Of a stretch of DNA of 64,000 nucleotides, positions 38,295 to 47,683 are shown one piece after another; position 1 is the stretch's first letter, and each line of letters begins with the position of its first letter. The stretch comes from Nitrosopumilus sp. Its GTDB lineage: Archaea; Thermoproteota; Nitrososphaeria; Nitrososphaerales; Nitrosopumilaceae. The stretch is taken from the NCBI GenBank assembly GCA_029862085.1, contig JAOTXZ010000005.1, forward strand, positions 3,751-67,750. Reading direction: 5' to 3'. The notes under the pieces are model-generated. The model did no database searches, was not told where the DNA came from, and saw only the letters and a program-made list of their open reading frames with translations. The position numbers were made by a program, and so were the translations under genes.

Positions 38295-38759
38295 CTATTT
38301 GTTCTCAGATTGTTTTATTCCCTGCTCGATAATTTCAAGAGCATCTTCTGCCTTTTCAGGTTTAGGTAATTGAATCATAAACACGTTATCCTTCCCATAA
38401 GATGATTTTGGCGATGATAACGCAAGCATGGAGGTTTTTGCCAGGGATTGAAAAAATATAATATCTTTATTGGCATTTACTAGAATTTTTTCTTCAATTC
38501 CGCCCTGAGAAAATGTTAATGCAATTTCAACAAAGACATGACCCAATCCATCTTGCAAAATGTTAAGATCAGTGTTTATTGAAAGTGGTTTTCCTGCAAC
38601 CCTTGACAAAATTTCATCGTATTTTTTTTCTTCCATGATAATACATGGTATCGGTTCGCCATCAAAATCAAAAATAGTAATTCCTTCATGCACCTGTTCT
38701 AGTAATTTTTTGAGTTCTTCAGACATCTTTTTCTTGCAAAGCTGGGACAATTTTGTCAC
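38295..38759 (-). CDS. hypothetical protein
   Basis: ORF downstream of the antiporter; true start probably MSEELK. Confidence 0.7.
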   Translation of the reverse strand: MTKLSQLCKKKMSEELKKLLEQVHEGITIFDFDGEPIPCIIMEEKKYDEILSRVAGKPLSINTDLNILQDGLGHVFVEIALTFSQGGIEEKILVNANKDIIFFQSLAKTSMLALSSPKSSYGKDNVFMIQLPKPEKAEDALEIIEQGIKQSENK

Positions 38760-40059
38760 TTGCTTTTACCAAAAATGGGGAGATAAAAGCAGTGATAATC
38801 GAAATAACTCCGATTAATGGGAATAAAAAGGCGCTTACTGCCCCAATGTCAACTCCTGTTTTAACAATTACAATAGAGAATTCCCCTCTTGGTGCAGCCA
38901 ACGCAAAGGCCGAACGGAGAGATTTTCCACGTTTTTGTCTGAACAAGAAATTCCCAAGCATGTTTCCTCCAAATTTCATACCAATTGTAACTGCAATCAA
39001 AGCAAGAGCGATGTAAATGTAATTTTCAAGCTGAGAAACATCCATCAAAGCACCTACAGAAATAAAGAAAATTGCTACAAACATATCTTTGATTGGACTT
39101 GATAATATTTTTGCCACTTCGGCAGATTTTGATTCTGCAACAAGCACTCCTGCTAAAAAGGCTCCAATTGCTACTGACAGTCCGACAATATTAGCCAAAA
39201 GTGAATATCCAAAGCAAACACCAAGGACACTCAAAAGTAATATTTCTCGGTGTTCTGATGCTGCCACTCTATCAATTAAAGGTGGAATTATTCTTGTACC
39301 TACGGTAAATGTACCAATAATCAATCCAGCCGCAACTAGAACCACCACCAAGACGGATTCGATTGAAACAGATCCCACTAGAGCAATAGACTGCAAAGAT
39401 GAAATTAAAATTACAGCGATAACGTCTTCTACAATCAAAATACCTAAAACAAGAATAGAGGATTCGCTCTTAATTCGTCCCATCTCCTCAAATATTTTCA
39501 CAATAACTGCAGTGCTGGAAATTGAAAGAGCAGCAGAAATGAATAATGAATCCATAAAATTCAATCCTAGTGCAGTTGCAGAATAAAATACAACTCCCAG
39601 TGTAGAAAGTAACCCAATGGTGCCAACCCCCATGGCTACTCGACCAATACTTTTGATCTTAGCATATGGAAACTCAATTCCAATTACAAATAAAAGTAAA
39701 ATTACACCAATTTCTGCAAACAAGTTTAAAGCAGAAATATCAGATAAAATTCCCACACTGCCAATTATTCCGGATGAAGGACCACCATCAGGAAGGATCC
39801 AAGCCCAAAGTGGCGATAAGGGGCCTATAAGCATTCCAGCAAAAAGATAACCAATGATCAAGGGTTGTTTAATTTTGAAAAATGCAAGTGTTACTATCGC
39901 ACCAATTATCATGATAAAAGCTAAATCAGTTACAAAAGTAGTGTGTGGAAGTTCTGGAGTAATTTGTTCAATCACATTTGAAACTGTTTCATTCAATGAT
40001 TGTTGAATTCCATCAGATTCAATTTGTAAAACAAAATTTTGCATGATATGATTCAACAA
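38719..40059 (-). CDS. CPA2 / KefB-type cation:proton antiporter
   Basis: KQPLIIGYL, LFVIGIEF, SISSTAVIVK, LIVEDV, PRGEFS. Confidence 0.92.
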   Translation of the reverse strand: MLNHIMQNFVLQIESDGIQQSLNETVSNVIEQITPELPHTTFVTDLAFIMIIGAIVTLAFFKIKQPLIIGYLFAGMLIGPLSPLWAWILPDGGPSSGIIGSVGILSDISALNLFAEIGVILLLFVIGIEFPYAKIKSIGRVAMGVGTIGLLSTLGVVFYSATALGLNFMDSLFISAALSISSTAVIVKIFEEMGRIKSESSILVLGILIVEDVIAVILISSLQSIALVGSVSIESVLVVVLVAAGLIIGTFTVGTRIIPPLIDRVAASEHREILLLSVLGVCFGYSLLANIVGLSVAIGAFLAGVLVAESKSAEVAKILSSPIKDMFVAIFFISVGALMDVSQLENYIYIALALIAVTIGMKFGGNMLGNFLFRQKRGKSLRSAFALAAPRGEFSIVIVKTGVDIGAVSAFLFPLIGVISIITAFISPFLVKASDKIVPALQEKDV

Positions 40060-40207
40060 TTTTATTTAAAAACAGTTGTGCTTCTGAAAGAGTTTTAAAA
40101 TTTGGGCTCATGAATTTCAAAACGACATTTCAATTAAGAATGTCTTGATGTTTTTGAAAATTTAATATGTTTTGAAGGTCTTTATGCCTATTAGTTATGG
40201 TTCAATC

Positions 40208-40269
40208 GCAGAGTGATGAGTAGGTCAGCTGAAAAAAATGTAGAAAAATGACCTGGGGTATCTGACTGC
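40208..40269 (+). ncRNA. probable C/D-box sRNA
   Basis: Terminal stem GCAG/CTGC; C box GTGATGA 40213-19; D' CTGA 40229-32; D CTGA 40262-65; 62 nt; intergenic. Confidence 0.7.
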
Positions 40270-40302
40270 AAAATCGGTAATTGTAAGATTACCCGCGTAT
40301 TA

Positions 40303-40327
40303 ATAGTACGGTACCATACCGTACTAT
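40303..40327. promoter_or_regulatory. perfect 11-3-11 inverted repeat, putative operator
   Basis: ATAGTACGGTA-CCA-TACCGTACTAT, from a TATTAATA box to the ATG at 40328. Confidence 0.65.
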
Positions 40328-40435
40328 ATGATTCAATGTGAATTTTGTCCTCAAGGATTTATTGAGACAGCAAATGGTCTTGCCGAAAAGACCTTTCATG
40401 AGTTACTACATGAACCAAACGTTGTCAATAAGTAA
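40328..40435 (+). CDS. 35-aa C2H2-like zinc-finger micro-protein (not in ORF track)
   Basis: MIQCEFCPQGFIETANGLAEKTFHELLHEPNVVNK: CxxC-xxx-F...HxxxH. Confidence 0.65.
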   Translation: MIQCEFCPQGFIETANGLAEKTFHELLHEPNVVNK

Positions 40436-40496
40436 CTCTTTACACCTTTTATTTTAGACCCAACTTTTTTATCATAATATTTTTTATTCAAAATAT

Positions 40497-42020
40497 ATGT
40501 CAACCAAAACATCTAAGAAGAAGACTTTGAAACCATCCAAGAAAAAAACAAAACCTTCCAGTAAATCAACAATTGTAAAGCGAGAACCTACCCCAGCAGT
40601 TGTTTTAAAAAAAGTTGCCGCAGTTTCTGATTCCACGAAAGCACTACAAAAAGAGATTAAAGCAATGTCTAAAATTTTTAGTGAAAATCAAAAAGTCCTC
40701 GTGTCCATGAAAGGAATGATTGATACCTTAACTTCCACGTTAGAAAATATTCAAAAACAATCCAAACGAATCAACATAATTGAAGATGATACTCAGAAAC
40801 TCTATGCAGGATTAAATCAGGTTAGAACCCAATCCAACCTGGTTACAAAAATTAATGATCAGACATCCAAACTACAAGATGAAGTAAACAAATTAAACAA
40901 TATACAAAAGTCATATCCCAAACCGGAAGTATTATCCCAGAAAGTTGAAGATAGTATAAACTCCAACCGCAATAATTCTCAAATGATTATCAAGATAGCC
41001 CAAAGAATTGATGAGGTTAGAGATGATTTACGTAATATTTCTGGTAAAACAGATTCGGTATTGAATGTTGGCCAAGAAATTGAAGGATTAAAAAACTCAA
41101 TTCAATCCATCTCAGGAAAAACTGAAAGTATTGAATCATCATCTCAAACAATTTCCCATTTAAAGAAAGAATTAGAAAGAGTTGTAGAGAGAACAGGATC
41201 TTTTTCCAATTTGAATTCTGAGCTTAATTTGATAAAATCAACAATCGATTCAATTTCAGGAAAAGCAGCGAAGATAGATTCACTGGGAGGGGTAATTGAT
41301 GGCCTAAAACAACAATTTGCAAACGTAGCTGCTAAAACTCAGACAATTTCGGATTTTGGCGGAAAAATAGACAGAATTGAGACAGAATTGGGTGCTCTTG
41401 CTCATCGAGCAGATTCCACAGCATTTGTGGGTGAGGGATTAAAAACAGTTCAAGAAAATTTTGCAGATTTTAAAAATAATGTTTTTGATAAAACCAATAC
41501 AATCGAACAAAAGGTTTCTTCAATTAATGAACTGCTGAAAACTCAAGATGCATTGTCTGCAGAATTTCATAAAAAAACCGATAAGGTATTTCAAGAATTG
41601 CAATCAGTCAAAAATGTCACAAACAAGGTATCCACTGATACTTCAAAAGAGATGATGGCATTACTAAAACTCTCAGAATATCAATCAACTATACGAATGC
41701 AAGCAGAGTCAAAGTACGGGGAGACAAAAGATCTTGAAAATATGGCGACTCAAACAGCCAACATTGTAAATCTATTTGATAGACTATCAATAGAAGCAAG
41801 TGACAAGATTCCATTACCGCATGAAGTTAGACAATGGGCAGTAAGTAAGATCCTAGATTGTGCAGATAAATGGGAAATTAGATTTAGTGATGTATTATCA
41901 ATTTTGGTTAATGCTATAGGACGAGATCTTTTAAAAGAATCAATCAGAGTTCATCAAATAAGAGACATCTATGGAATTAGAGCAGTTGATGAAATTCGAA
42001 AAGAGCTAAATATTACCTAA
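40497..42020 (+). CDS. long coiled-coil protein with Lys-rich N-terminus
   Basis: Heptad repeats over about 350 aa, recurring ISGKT units, no TM, no Walker motif. Confidence 0.8.
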   Translation: MSTKTSKKKTLKPSKKKTKPSSKSTIVKREPTPAVVLKKVAAVSDSTKALQKEIKAMSKIFSENQKVLVSMKGMIDTLTSTLENIQKQSKRINIIEDDTQKLYAGLNQVRTQSNLVTKINDQTSKLQDEVNKLNNIQKSYPKPEVLSQKVEDSINSNRNNSQMIIKIAQRIDEVRDDLRNISGKTDSVLNVGQEIEGLKNSIQSISGKTESIESSSQTISHLKKELERVVERTGSFSNLNSELNLIKSTIDSISGKAAKIDSLGGVIDGLKQQFANVAAKTQTISDFGGKIDRIETELGALAHRADSTAFVGEGLKTVQENFADFKNNVFDKTNTIEQKVSSINELLKTQDALSAEFHKKTDKVFQELQSVKNVTNKVSTDTSKEMMALLKLSEYQSTIRMQAESKYGETKDLENMATQTANIVNLFDRLSIEASDKIPLPHEVRQWAVSKILDCADKWEIRFSDVLSILVNAIGRDLLKESIRVHQIRDIYGIRAVDEIRKELNIT

Positions 42021-44086
42021 ACACCAGGAGTCTCATCATAAGCAGCCATTTGATCCTTCTTTCGTTTAAGGGCTGCAAAGATGCCAATAATAATTGCAAT
42101 CCACAATGTGCTGAAGACAATATTTGATACGCTCACGTATGAATAAGGTGTGGCATCCATGATGTTTATTTTGAGCATTTTTGCTTGTTCGTTGATATCC
42201 AGCATTCCAGTGTGAAAGGCAGAACTGTCTCTAGGAACAACTGAGATTTTTGCCAGGGTTGAGATCATTGAATCTACATCACTTTCAATCCTTAGGAAAT
42301 TTGTGGATTCTGTGGGAAATATCCAAACTGGATTTTTTCCAACTATTTCCCCATCCTCATTTGTTGTCTGAGCCATATCTTCCGTTACTATTGCCAAATC
42401 TTGCTTTATCGCAACCAGATGAGTTTGGATTGCTTCAGGGTCAGAAGAACCCACTATTCCATCAAAGTGACCTCGAATTCTATCAAGTGGATAAATATCC
42501 TCGTTATAACCGTAGATTGCCATAAAACCTCCAAAGACAATAACGGCAATCATTCCAATCATAGAAATTGCATAAATCTTATTTGCCATTTTTTCTTCCT
42601 TTGTAAGAGTTCGTGATGGGCTGGATTTATTTCTTTTAAATCGCGTATGGGAGAGACTCATGAAGGCAATAAAGAAAAATCCTACCGTTTGAAGTGCAAT
42701 AATTGGTGCAAAAAAAGGATTGTTTGAATAAATTGAGATTAAAATTCCCATTAACCCATATACGCCAAAAAAGATCTCAAGCAGCGTAGTTTTTGTAAAA
42801 GGTAAATTGTATGCCTTGTCTCGCCAGTCATCTTGTTTGTTTATAATTCCGTATTTTGGGGTTCTCAAAAACTCATTCTTTTTTCCAAGGACAGCATCAA
42901 ACACTGCCACTGTATTGTTTACTGACATTCCAGCATTGTAAACTATCAAGGAGGGTAAAATTTTGGCTTTTGATTTCCAAGATTTGTGATACATTTTTTG
43001 CATTATCAAAAGGTATGCTCCTGGACCCATAGCAAGATATGTTGCAATAGTCAAAGCTGGGATAAGACTAACCACATAGAGATTGATGTCACCTGCTAAA
43101 AGAATAGGTAATGCCAAAAATTGTATCAACATTAATGGATAAACAACATGACGGGTTAATTGAATAAAGGCCTGAATTTTCGCTTCAATTGCAATTTTTC
43201 TTTTAATTGCTATGCCTCCAAGAAGTTTGATTGCGCATTGTATTGATCCTTTAGCCCATCGAAATTGTTGTCGTTTTGCTCCGTTCATTTGAACCGGAAG
43301 TTCTGCATCAACTACGATATCTGGCAAGAAAACGCATTTCCATCCTTTCATTTGTGCCCTATAACTCAAATCCAAATCTTCTACAAGCGTTGCAGTATGC
43401 CATCCTCCAGCATCATCAATACAATCACGCTTCCAAATTCCAGCGGTTCCATTAAAGTTCATAAACAAATGAGAATTACTTTTTGCTGTTTGTTCAATCA
43501 AAAAGTGAAAGTCAAGACTCAAGGCTTGAGCCTTTGTGATTGTTGAATAGTTTTCATTTACGTGGCCCCATCTGCATTGAACTAGTCCAATATTTGGTTT
43601 GGAAAAATGTGGAATCGCCCGTTTAAGAAACCACTCTGGGGGAATAAAATCTGCATCAAAGATTGCCACATATTCTGTATCAGTAATCTGCATTGCATAT
43701 TTGAGGGCGCCGGCTTTGTACCCTTTTCGAGTCCCTCTCCTAATATGTTCAATTTGAAAACCTTGTTTTTTGTAATCTTTAACTGCATCAGCTAAAAGTT
43801 CAACTGTATCATCATCAGAGTCATCCAAGACCATAATTTTCATTTTTTCTTTAGGATAGTCTAATCCACATACAGAATCAACCAGTCGCTTTGCAACATA
43901 TTTTTCATTATAAATTGGAAGTTGGATAGTAACTGTTGGATTTCCCAAGTCAATAGTAGTTAAAACTTCTTTCCTCCTGACGGAAAGAAACGTAAGATAG
44001 TAAAAGTTGACAGTATAAGCTGTAATAATAATAGCTGATATGATAAACAAATCAAACACAAATGCGGTGAAAGGATTAATTGCCAT
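42017..44086 (-). CDS. processive GT2 glycosyltransferase (cellulose synthase-like / CslA type)
   Basis: QLPIYNE, LDDSDD, GYKAGAL, FDADF, VEDLDL, QQFRW; multiple TMs plus an extra C-terminal domain. Confidence 0.9.
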   Translation of the reverse strand: MAINPFTAFVFDLFIISAIIITAYTVNFYYLTFLSVRRKEVLTTIDLGNPTVTIQLPIYNEKYVAKRLVDSVCGLDYPKEKMKIMVLDDSDDDTVELLADAVKDYKKQGFQIEHIRRGTRKGYKAGALKYAMQITDTEYVAIFDADFIPPEWFLKRAIPHFSKPNIGLVQCRWGHVNENYSTITKAQALSLDFHFLIEQTAKSNSHLFMNFNGTAGIWKRDCIDDAGGWHTATLVEDLDLSYRAQMKGWKCVFLPDIVVDAELPVQMNGAKRQQFRWAKGSIQCAIKLLGGIAIKRKIAIEAKIQAFIQLTRHVVYPLMLIQFLALPILLAGDINLYVVSLIPALTIATYLAMGPGAYLLIMQKMYHKSWKSKAKILPSLIVYNAGMSVNNTVAVFDAVLGKKNEFLRTPKYGIINKQDDWRDKAYNLPFTKTTLLEIFFGVYGLMGILISIYSNNPFFAPIIALQTVGFFFIAFMSLSHTRFKRNKSSPSRTLTKEEKMANKIYAISMIGMIAVIVFGGFMAIYGYNEDIYPLDRIRGHFDGIVGSSDPEAIQTHLVAIKQDLAIVTEDMAQTTNEDGEIVGKNPVWIFPTESTNFLRIESDVDSMISTLAKISVVPRDSSAFHTGMLDINEQAKMLKINIMDATPYSYVSVSNIVFSTLWIAIIIGIFAALKRKKDQMAAYDETPGV

Positions 44087-44139
44087 TCCCTAGCTTTTCA
44101 AACTGTTTACTGGCTATTTATAGTTGCAAATATTTGGAT

Positions 44140-45087
44140 TTATTTTTGCTCATAAATTTTGATTGCAGATGGTGGACAAACACCTTCACAAGCAAGACAG
44201 AAAATACAATCTGGTTCTTTGGACATTAATGGTTTTTTATCAGAAGCAACATTTCCTGGAGTGTCAAACCACTCGTAAACACCTACAGGACATGCTTCGA
44301 TACATCCACCGTCTGCAATACAAATATCATAATCCACAGATACAAATTCTCCCCATACTCCCATTTGTTTATTATCGCCACCTCGTCTTCCCCATGTTTT
44401 AATGGAATATCCTGAGGCATTGTATGACGAGGTTGCCTTCATTTTGGATTTATAATCAACATCAATTGGACCAGCTTTAGGACCATCAAGAACAGGAATA
44501 TCGGCTCCACCGTCATCACCGGCTACTTCTTCTACTGGTTTTGGTTTTGGTTTGGCATCAAGTACAATTTTTGCCAAGGGAGTCATTTCTTCTAATTTTT
44601 GAATAGCGTTTAGTTCAGTTATTTTTTCATCTTTGATAAGAAAATCAATCATTTTATCTGCTAAAATTGTATTACGTAAAATTGTATCAATAATCATTTT
44701 TGCAAAATGATCTGCTTTTTTTCTATAATCTTTAACCCATTGAGGGTCTCCAAATTTTTCAATTGGGAAAATTTGATAGATAATATCAACTACCTCTCCA
44801 GTGACAATTTCTACCGTCACAGACAATTCAACTTCCTCATATCCCTTGGCATCAGGATCCTTCATGTTTTGTTCCATCCAACGATAGGTTGCAAAAATTC
44901 TATCAGCATATGCATCCATTTCAAAAGCCTTTTTCATTCCATCATGGACAGATTTGATATCCTCTGGATCTTCGAGATTAATTGGTAACCTGTATAATCC
45001 TAATTTGAAACCATGAAGAGGATATACACCACGCTTTGCAGTAGCTGCCTCCATAGACCAAACTCTATCTTTTAGAAGTAATGACAT
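44140..45087 (-). CDS. dicluster ferredoxin fused to a large N-terminal domain
   Basis: CIADGGCIEACP and CIFCLACEGVCP at the C-terminus. Confidence 0.85.
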   Translation of the reverse strand: MSLLLKDRVWSMEAATAKRGVYPLHGFKLGLYRLPINLEDPEDIKSVHDGMKKAFEMDAYADRIFATYRWMEQNMKDPDAKGYEEVELSVTVEIVTGEVVDIIYQIFPIEKFGDPQWVKDYRKKADHFAKMIIDTILRNTILADKMIDFLIKDEKITELNAIQKLEEMTPLAKIVLDAKPKPKPVEEVAGDDGGADIPVLDGPKAGPIDVDYKSKMKATSSYNASGYSIKTWGRRGGDNKQMGVWGEFVSVDYDICIADGGCIEACPVGVYEWFDTPGNVASDKKPLMSKEPDCIFCLACEGVCPPSAIKIYEQK

Positions 45088-45124
45088 TTAGTTTCAATAA
45101 ACTAGATTTATTTAAAAAGGTTAT

Positions 45125-45433
45125 CTAGTCGTCGTCTGGGCACGTAAGTTCACGGAGTTTGGTGTATTTTTCTTCCATAGTCTCAGCATATTCTGTGACT
45201 TTATTTAGATCAAATTGATTTTTTGAAAAATACCAACGAATTGGCACCCAATGGCCAATTCCATCCATATCATGAATCATTCCTTTATCTGCCTTGACAT
45301 TTAATTTTTCTTCAATGGAGGTTTCCTTTATTGTAAGACCTCTTTTGGTTTTATCCTCCAACACGAAATCTGAATCTCCATCTTTGATAAAATAAAATGA
45401 ACCCTTCTTTAAAATGGGAAGGTCTAAAAGCAA
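45125..45433 (-). CDS. hypothetical protein
   Basis: 102-aa ORF 1 bp downstream of the sulfurtransferase. Confidence 0.7.
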   Translation of the reverse strand: MLLDLPILKKGSFYFIKDGDSDFVLEDKTKRGLTIKETSIEEKLNVKADKGMIHDMDGIGHWVPIRWYFSKNQFDLNKVTEYAETMEEKYTKLRELTCPDDD

Positions 45434-45434
45434 T

Positions 45435-46280
45435 TTATTTTTCCACGGGGTTTCCTATCATGTTTCCCCATTCAGTCCATGAACCGTCATAGTTTCGAAC
45501 TTTGGAATATCCTAGGAGATACTTTAGAACAAACCAACTGTGAGATGATCTCTCTCCAATCCTGCAATAACAAATAACATCTTTATCGGGAGTAACTCCT
45601 TTTGGTTCATAATTTTGTTTTAACTCATCAGCTGATTTGAAGGTGCCATCTGAATCATTAACTGCAGTCGCCCACGGAATGTTGTTTGCACCAGGAATAT
45701 GTCCTCCTCGTTGCGCATGTTCCATTGGATATTCAGGTGGAGCAGTTATCTCTCCTGTAAATTCTGCCGGAGATCGTACATCGACCATAACTGTATCTTC
45801 CTTGTCCAAAGCTCGGCTTACGTCAAACAAATAAGCTCGAAGTCCCTCATCTGGAGGTTGTGCAATGTAAGCGGTCCTCTGAAGTTGTGGCTCATCAGTA
45901 GTGTATTCTTTATTTTCTAATTCCCATTTTTTTCTTCCACCGTTCATAATTTTGAGATTCTCATGTCCGTATATTTTGAAAACCCAAAAAACAAATGCTG
46001 CAAACCAATTGTTAAAATCACCATAAAGAATTACTTCGGTATCAGCAGTAATTCCATTTTTTGACATTAATTCTTCAAATTGTTTTTTGCTAATAATGTC
46101 TCTAGTTACAGGATCATTGATATCTCTCTTCCACCAAATCAAGCTTGCATTTTTAATATGTCCTTTTTGATATCCATTAACTGGATCATAATCAACTTCA
46201 ACTAATTTTCTACTTTCATTAGGGGGATTTTGGGACATCCATTCTGTATCAACTAAAACCTCAGGGTGTGCGTAATTCAT
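45435..46280 (-). CDS. thiosulfate/mercaptopyruvate sulfurtransferase (tandem rhodanese)
   Basis: Start probably MNYAHP (46280); GHIPGA, YCRIGERS, YDGSWTEWG. Confidence 0.93.
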   Translation of the reverse strand: MNYAHPEVLVDTEWMSQNPPNESRKLVEVDYDPVNGYQKGHIKNASLIWWKRDINDPVTRDIISKKQFEELMSKNGITADTEVILYGDFNNWFAAFVFWVFKIYGHENLKIMNGGRKKWELENKEYTTDEPQLQRTAYIAQPPDEGLRAYLFDVSRALDKEDTVMVDVRSPAEFTGEITAPPEYPMEHAQRGGHIPGANNIPWATAVNDSDGTFKSADELKQNYEPKGVTPDKDVICYCRIGERSSHSWFVLKYLLGYSKVRNYDGSWTEWGNMIGNPVEK

Positions 46281-46371
46281 AATATTTTTTGAATTTGGTT
46301 TCCTACTTAATTGTTTTTCCAAGAGACCTTAAAAATATCATTTTTAAGTAAATAAAATTCAGAAGAACTGC

Positions 46372-47187
46372 TTGAAACTAAACAAAGTTGGAATTGTTAG
46401 CAAGGTAGGTTCAAAAGAATCTGAAAAAACGGCAAAAAATGTTGCAAAAAAATTCCTGGCAAAAAAATCCAAGGTTTACACTATTGCACCAATTATAGTA
46501 GAAGGCGCTAAAACAATTCAATCACTACAAGAATTAAAAAAAGAAAAACTAGATCTGGTGGTAACTCTAGGAGGGGATGGAACTACACTTAGGGTTTTTC
46601 GACACCTAGAAAATGAAACTCCTATTCTAACCATAAATGTGGGTGGAAATAGAGGAATACTTGCAGAAATCACCATTAATGAAATAGATAATGCTATTAA
46701 CCAAATTTTAAAAGGAAATTTCTTTTTAGATAAAAGAACAAGAGTCGTTGCTTCTTGTGGTGGTAAAGAATTTCCACCAGCACTTAATGAAATTTACATC
46801 AACAGGACAAATCTCACAAAAACAGCTGAAATTGAAATTAAATTTCAAAATGATACTGTTAAGCAAAAAATGGATGGTGTAATCATTGCCACTCCAAGTG
46901 GTTCAACAGGTCATTCCTTTTCTTTGGGGGGACCAATCTTACATGAAAGCCTCGATGTTCTCATAATTACTCCTGTAGCTCCCGTGTATAGACTAGAATC
47001 AATTGTAGTGCCAGATGAGAAAATAGAAATAATATCATCTCATGATTGTAACATAGTTATGGATGCACAGGTTGTAAAATCTGCAGGGTATGAAGAACCT
47101 ATCGTTATTAAAAAATACAAAAAACCAGCGGTCTTTGTTAGATTAAAGAAAAGAGGCCTAAGACAGATGAGTAAACTTGGATTTTAG
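46372..47187 (+). CDS. nadK: NAD(+) kinase
   Basis: LGGDGT, ALNE, DGVIIATPSGSTGHSFSLGGP. Confidence 0.94.
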   Translation: MKLNKVGIVSKVGSKESEKTAKNVAKKFLAKKSKVYTIAPIIVEGAKTIQSLQELKKEKLDLVVTLGGDGTTLRVFRHLENETPILTINVGGNRGILAEITINEIDNAINQILKGNFFLDKRTRVVASCGGKEFPPALNEIYINRTNLTKTAEIEIKFQNDTVKQKMDGVIIATPSGSTGHSFSLGGPILHESLDVLIITPVAPVYRLESIVVPDEKIEIISSHDCNIVMDAQVVKSAGYEEPIVIKKYKKPAVFVRLKKRGLRQMSKLGF

Positions 47188-47683
47188 AATTTTAGACGCT
47201 AGTGCATTCTATGCAGGAATTCCTTTTGGGAGTTCTAATGATTGTTACACAACCTCCCTTGTATATGATGAAATAAAGCATATCAAGAAAAATCAGGAAG
47301 TTCTAGAGACATTATTAGAAACTAATAGATTAAAAATCAGAGATCCCGATAAGAAATCTACGATTGCGGCAATTAATGCCTCTAAGAATACAGGAGATTA
47401 CCAACAATTATCAAAACAGGATTTATCAATTATTGCATTGTGTATAGATCTTAGTGGTCAATTAATTACAGATGATTTTGCAATTTCTAATGTTGCAAAA
47501 AATCTAGGGTTAAAGATATCGCCCGTTATGACTAGTGGTATCAAAGACGTTGGAAAATGGGTACACTACTGTCCAGGTTGTCATTCTAGTCATAGAAATG
47601 GCAAAGAATGTCCAAAGTGTGGGACTTCCCTAAAAAGAAAATTACTCAAGGGGGAAGCCTCTACCGTGCCACTCAACAAATGA
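47177..47683 (+). CDS. nob1: Nob1-family PIN endonuclease
   Basis: LDASAF, LSKQD, TDDFAI, CPGC...CPKCG zinc ribbon. Confidence 0.9.
   Translation: MDFRILDASAFYAGIPFGSSNDCYTTSLVYDEIKHIKKNQEVLETLLETNRLKIRDPDKKSTIAAINASKNTGDYQQLSKQDLSIIALCIDLSGQLITDDFAISNVAKNLGLKISPVMTSGIKDVGKWVHYCPGCHSSHRNGKECPKCGTSLKRKLLKGEASTVPLNK

Noticed and set aside
40497..42020. Methyl-accepting chemotaxis protein or SMC
   Set aside because: No MCP hairpin-tip motif, TM segments or Walker A/B motifs
42017..44086. GT2 as a chitin synthase partnered with the GH18 enzyme
   Set aside because: QQFRW and KAGAL context is CslA/cellulose-synthase-like, without EDR/QRRRW; the genes are 20 kb apart
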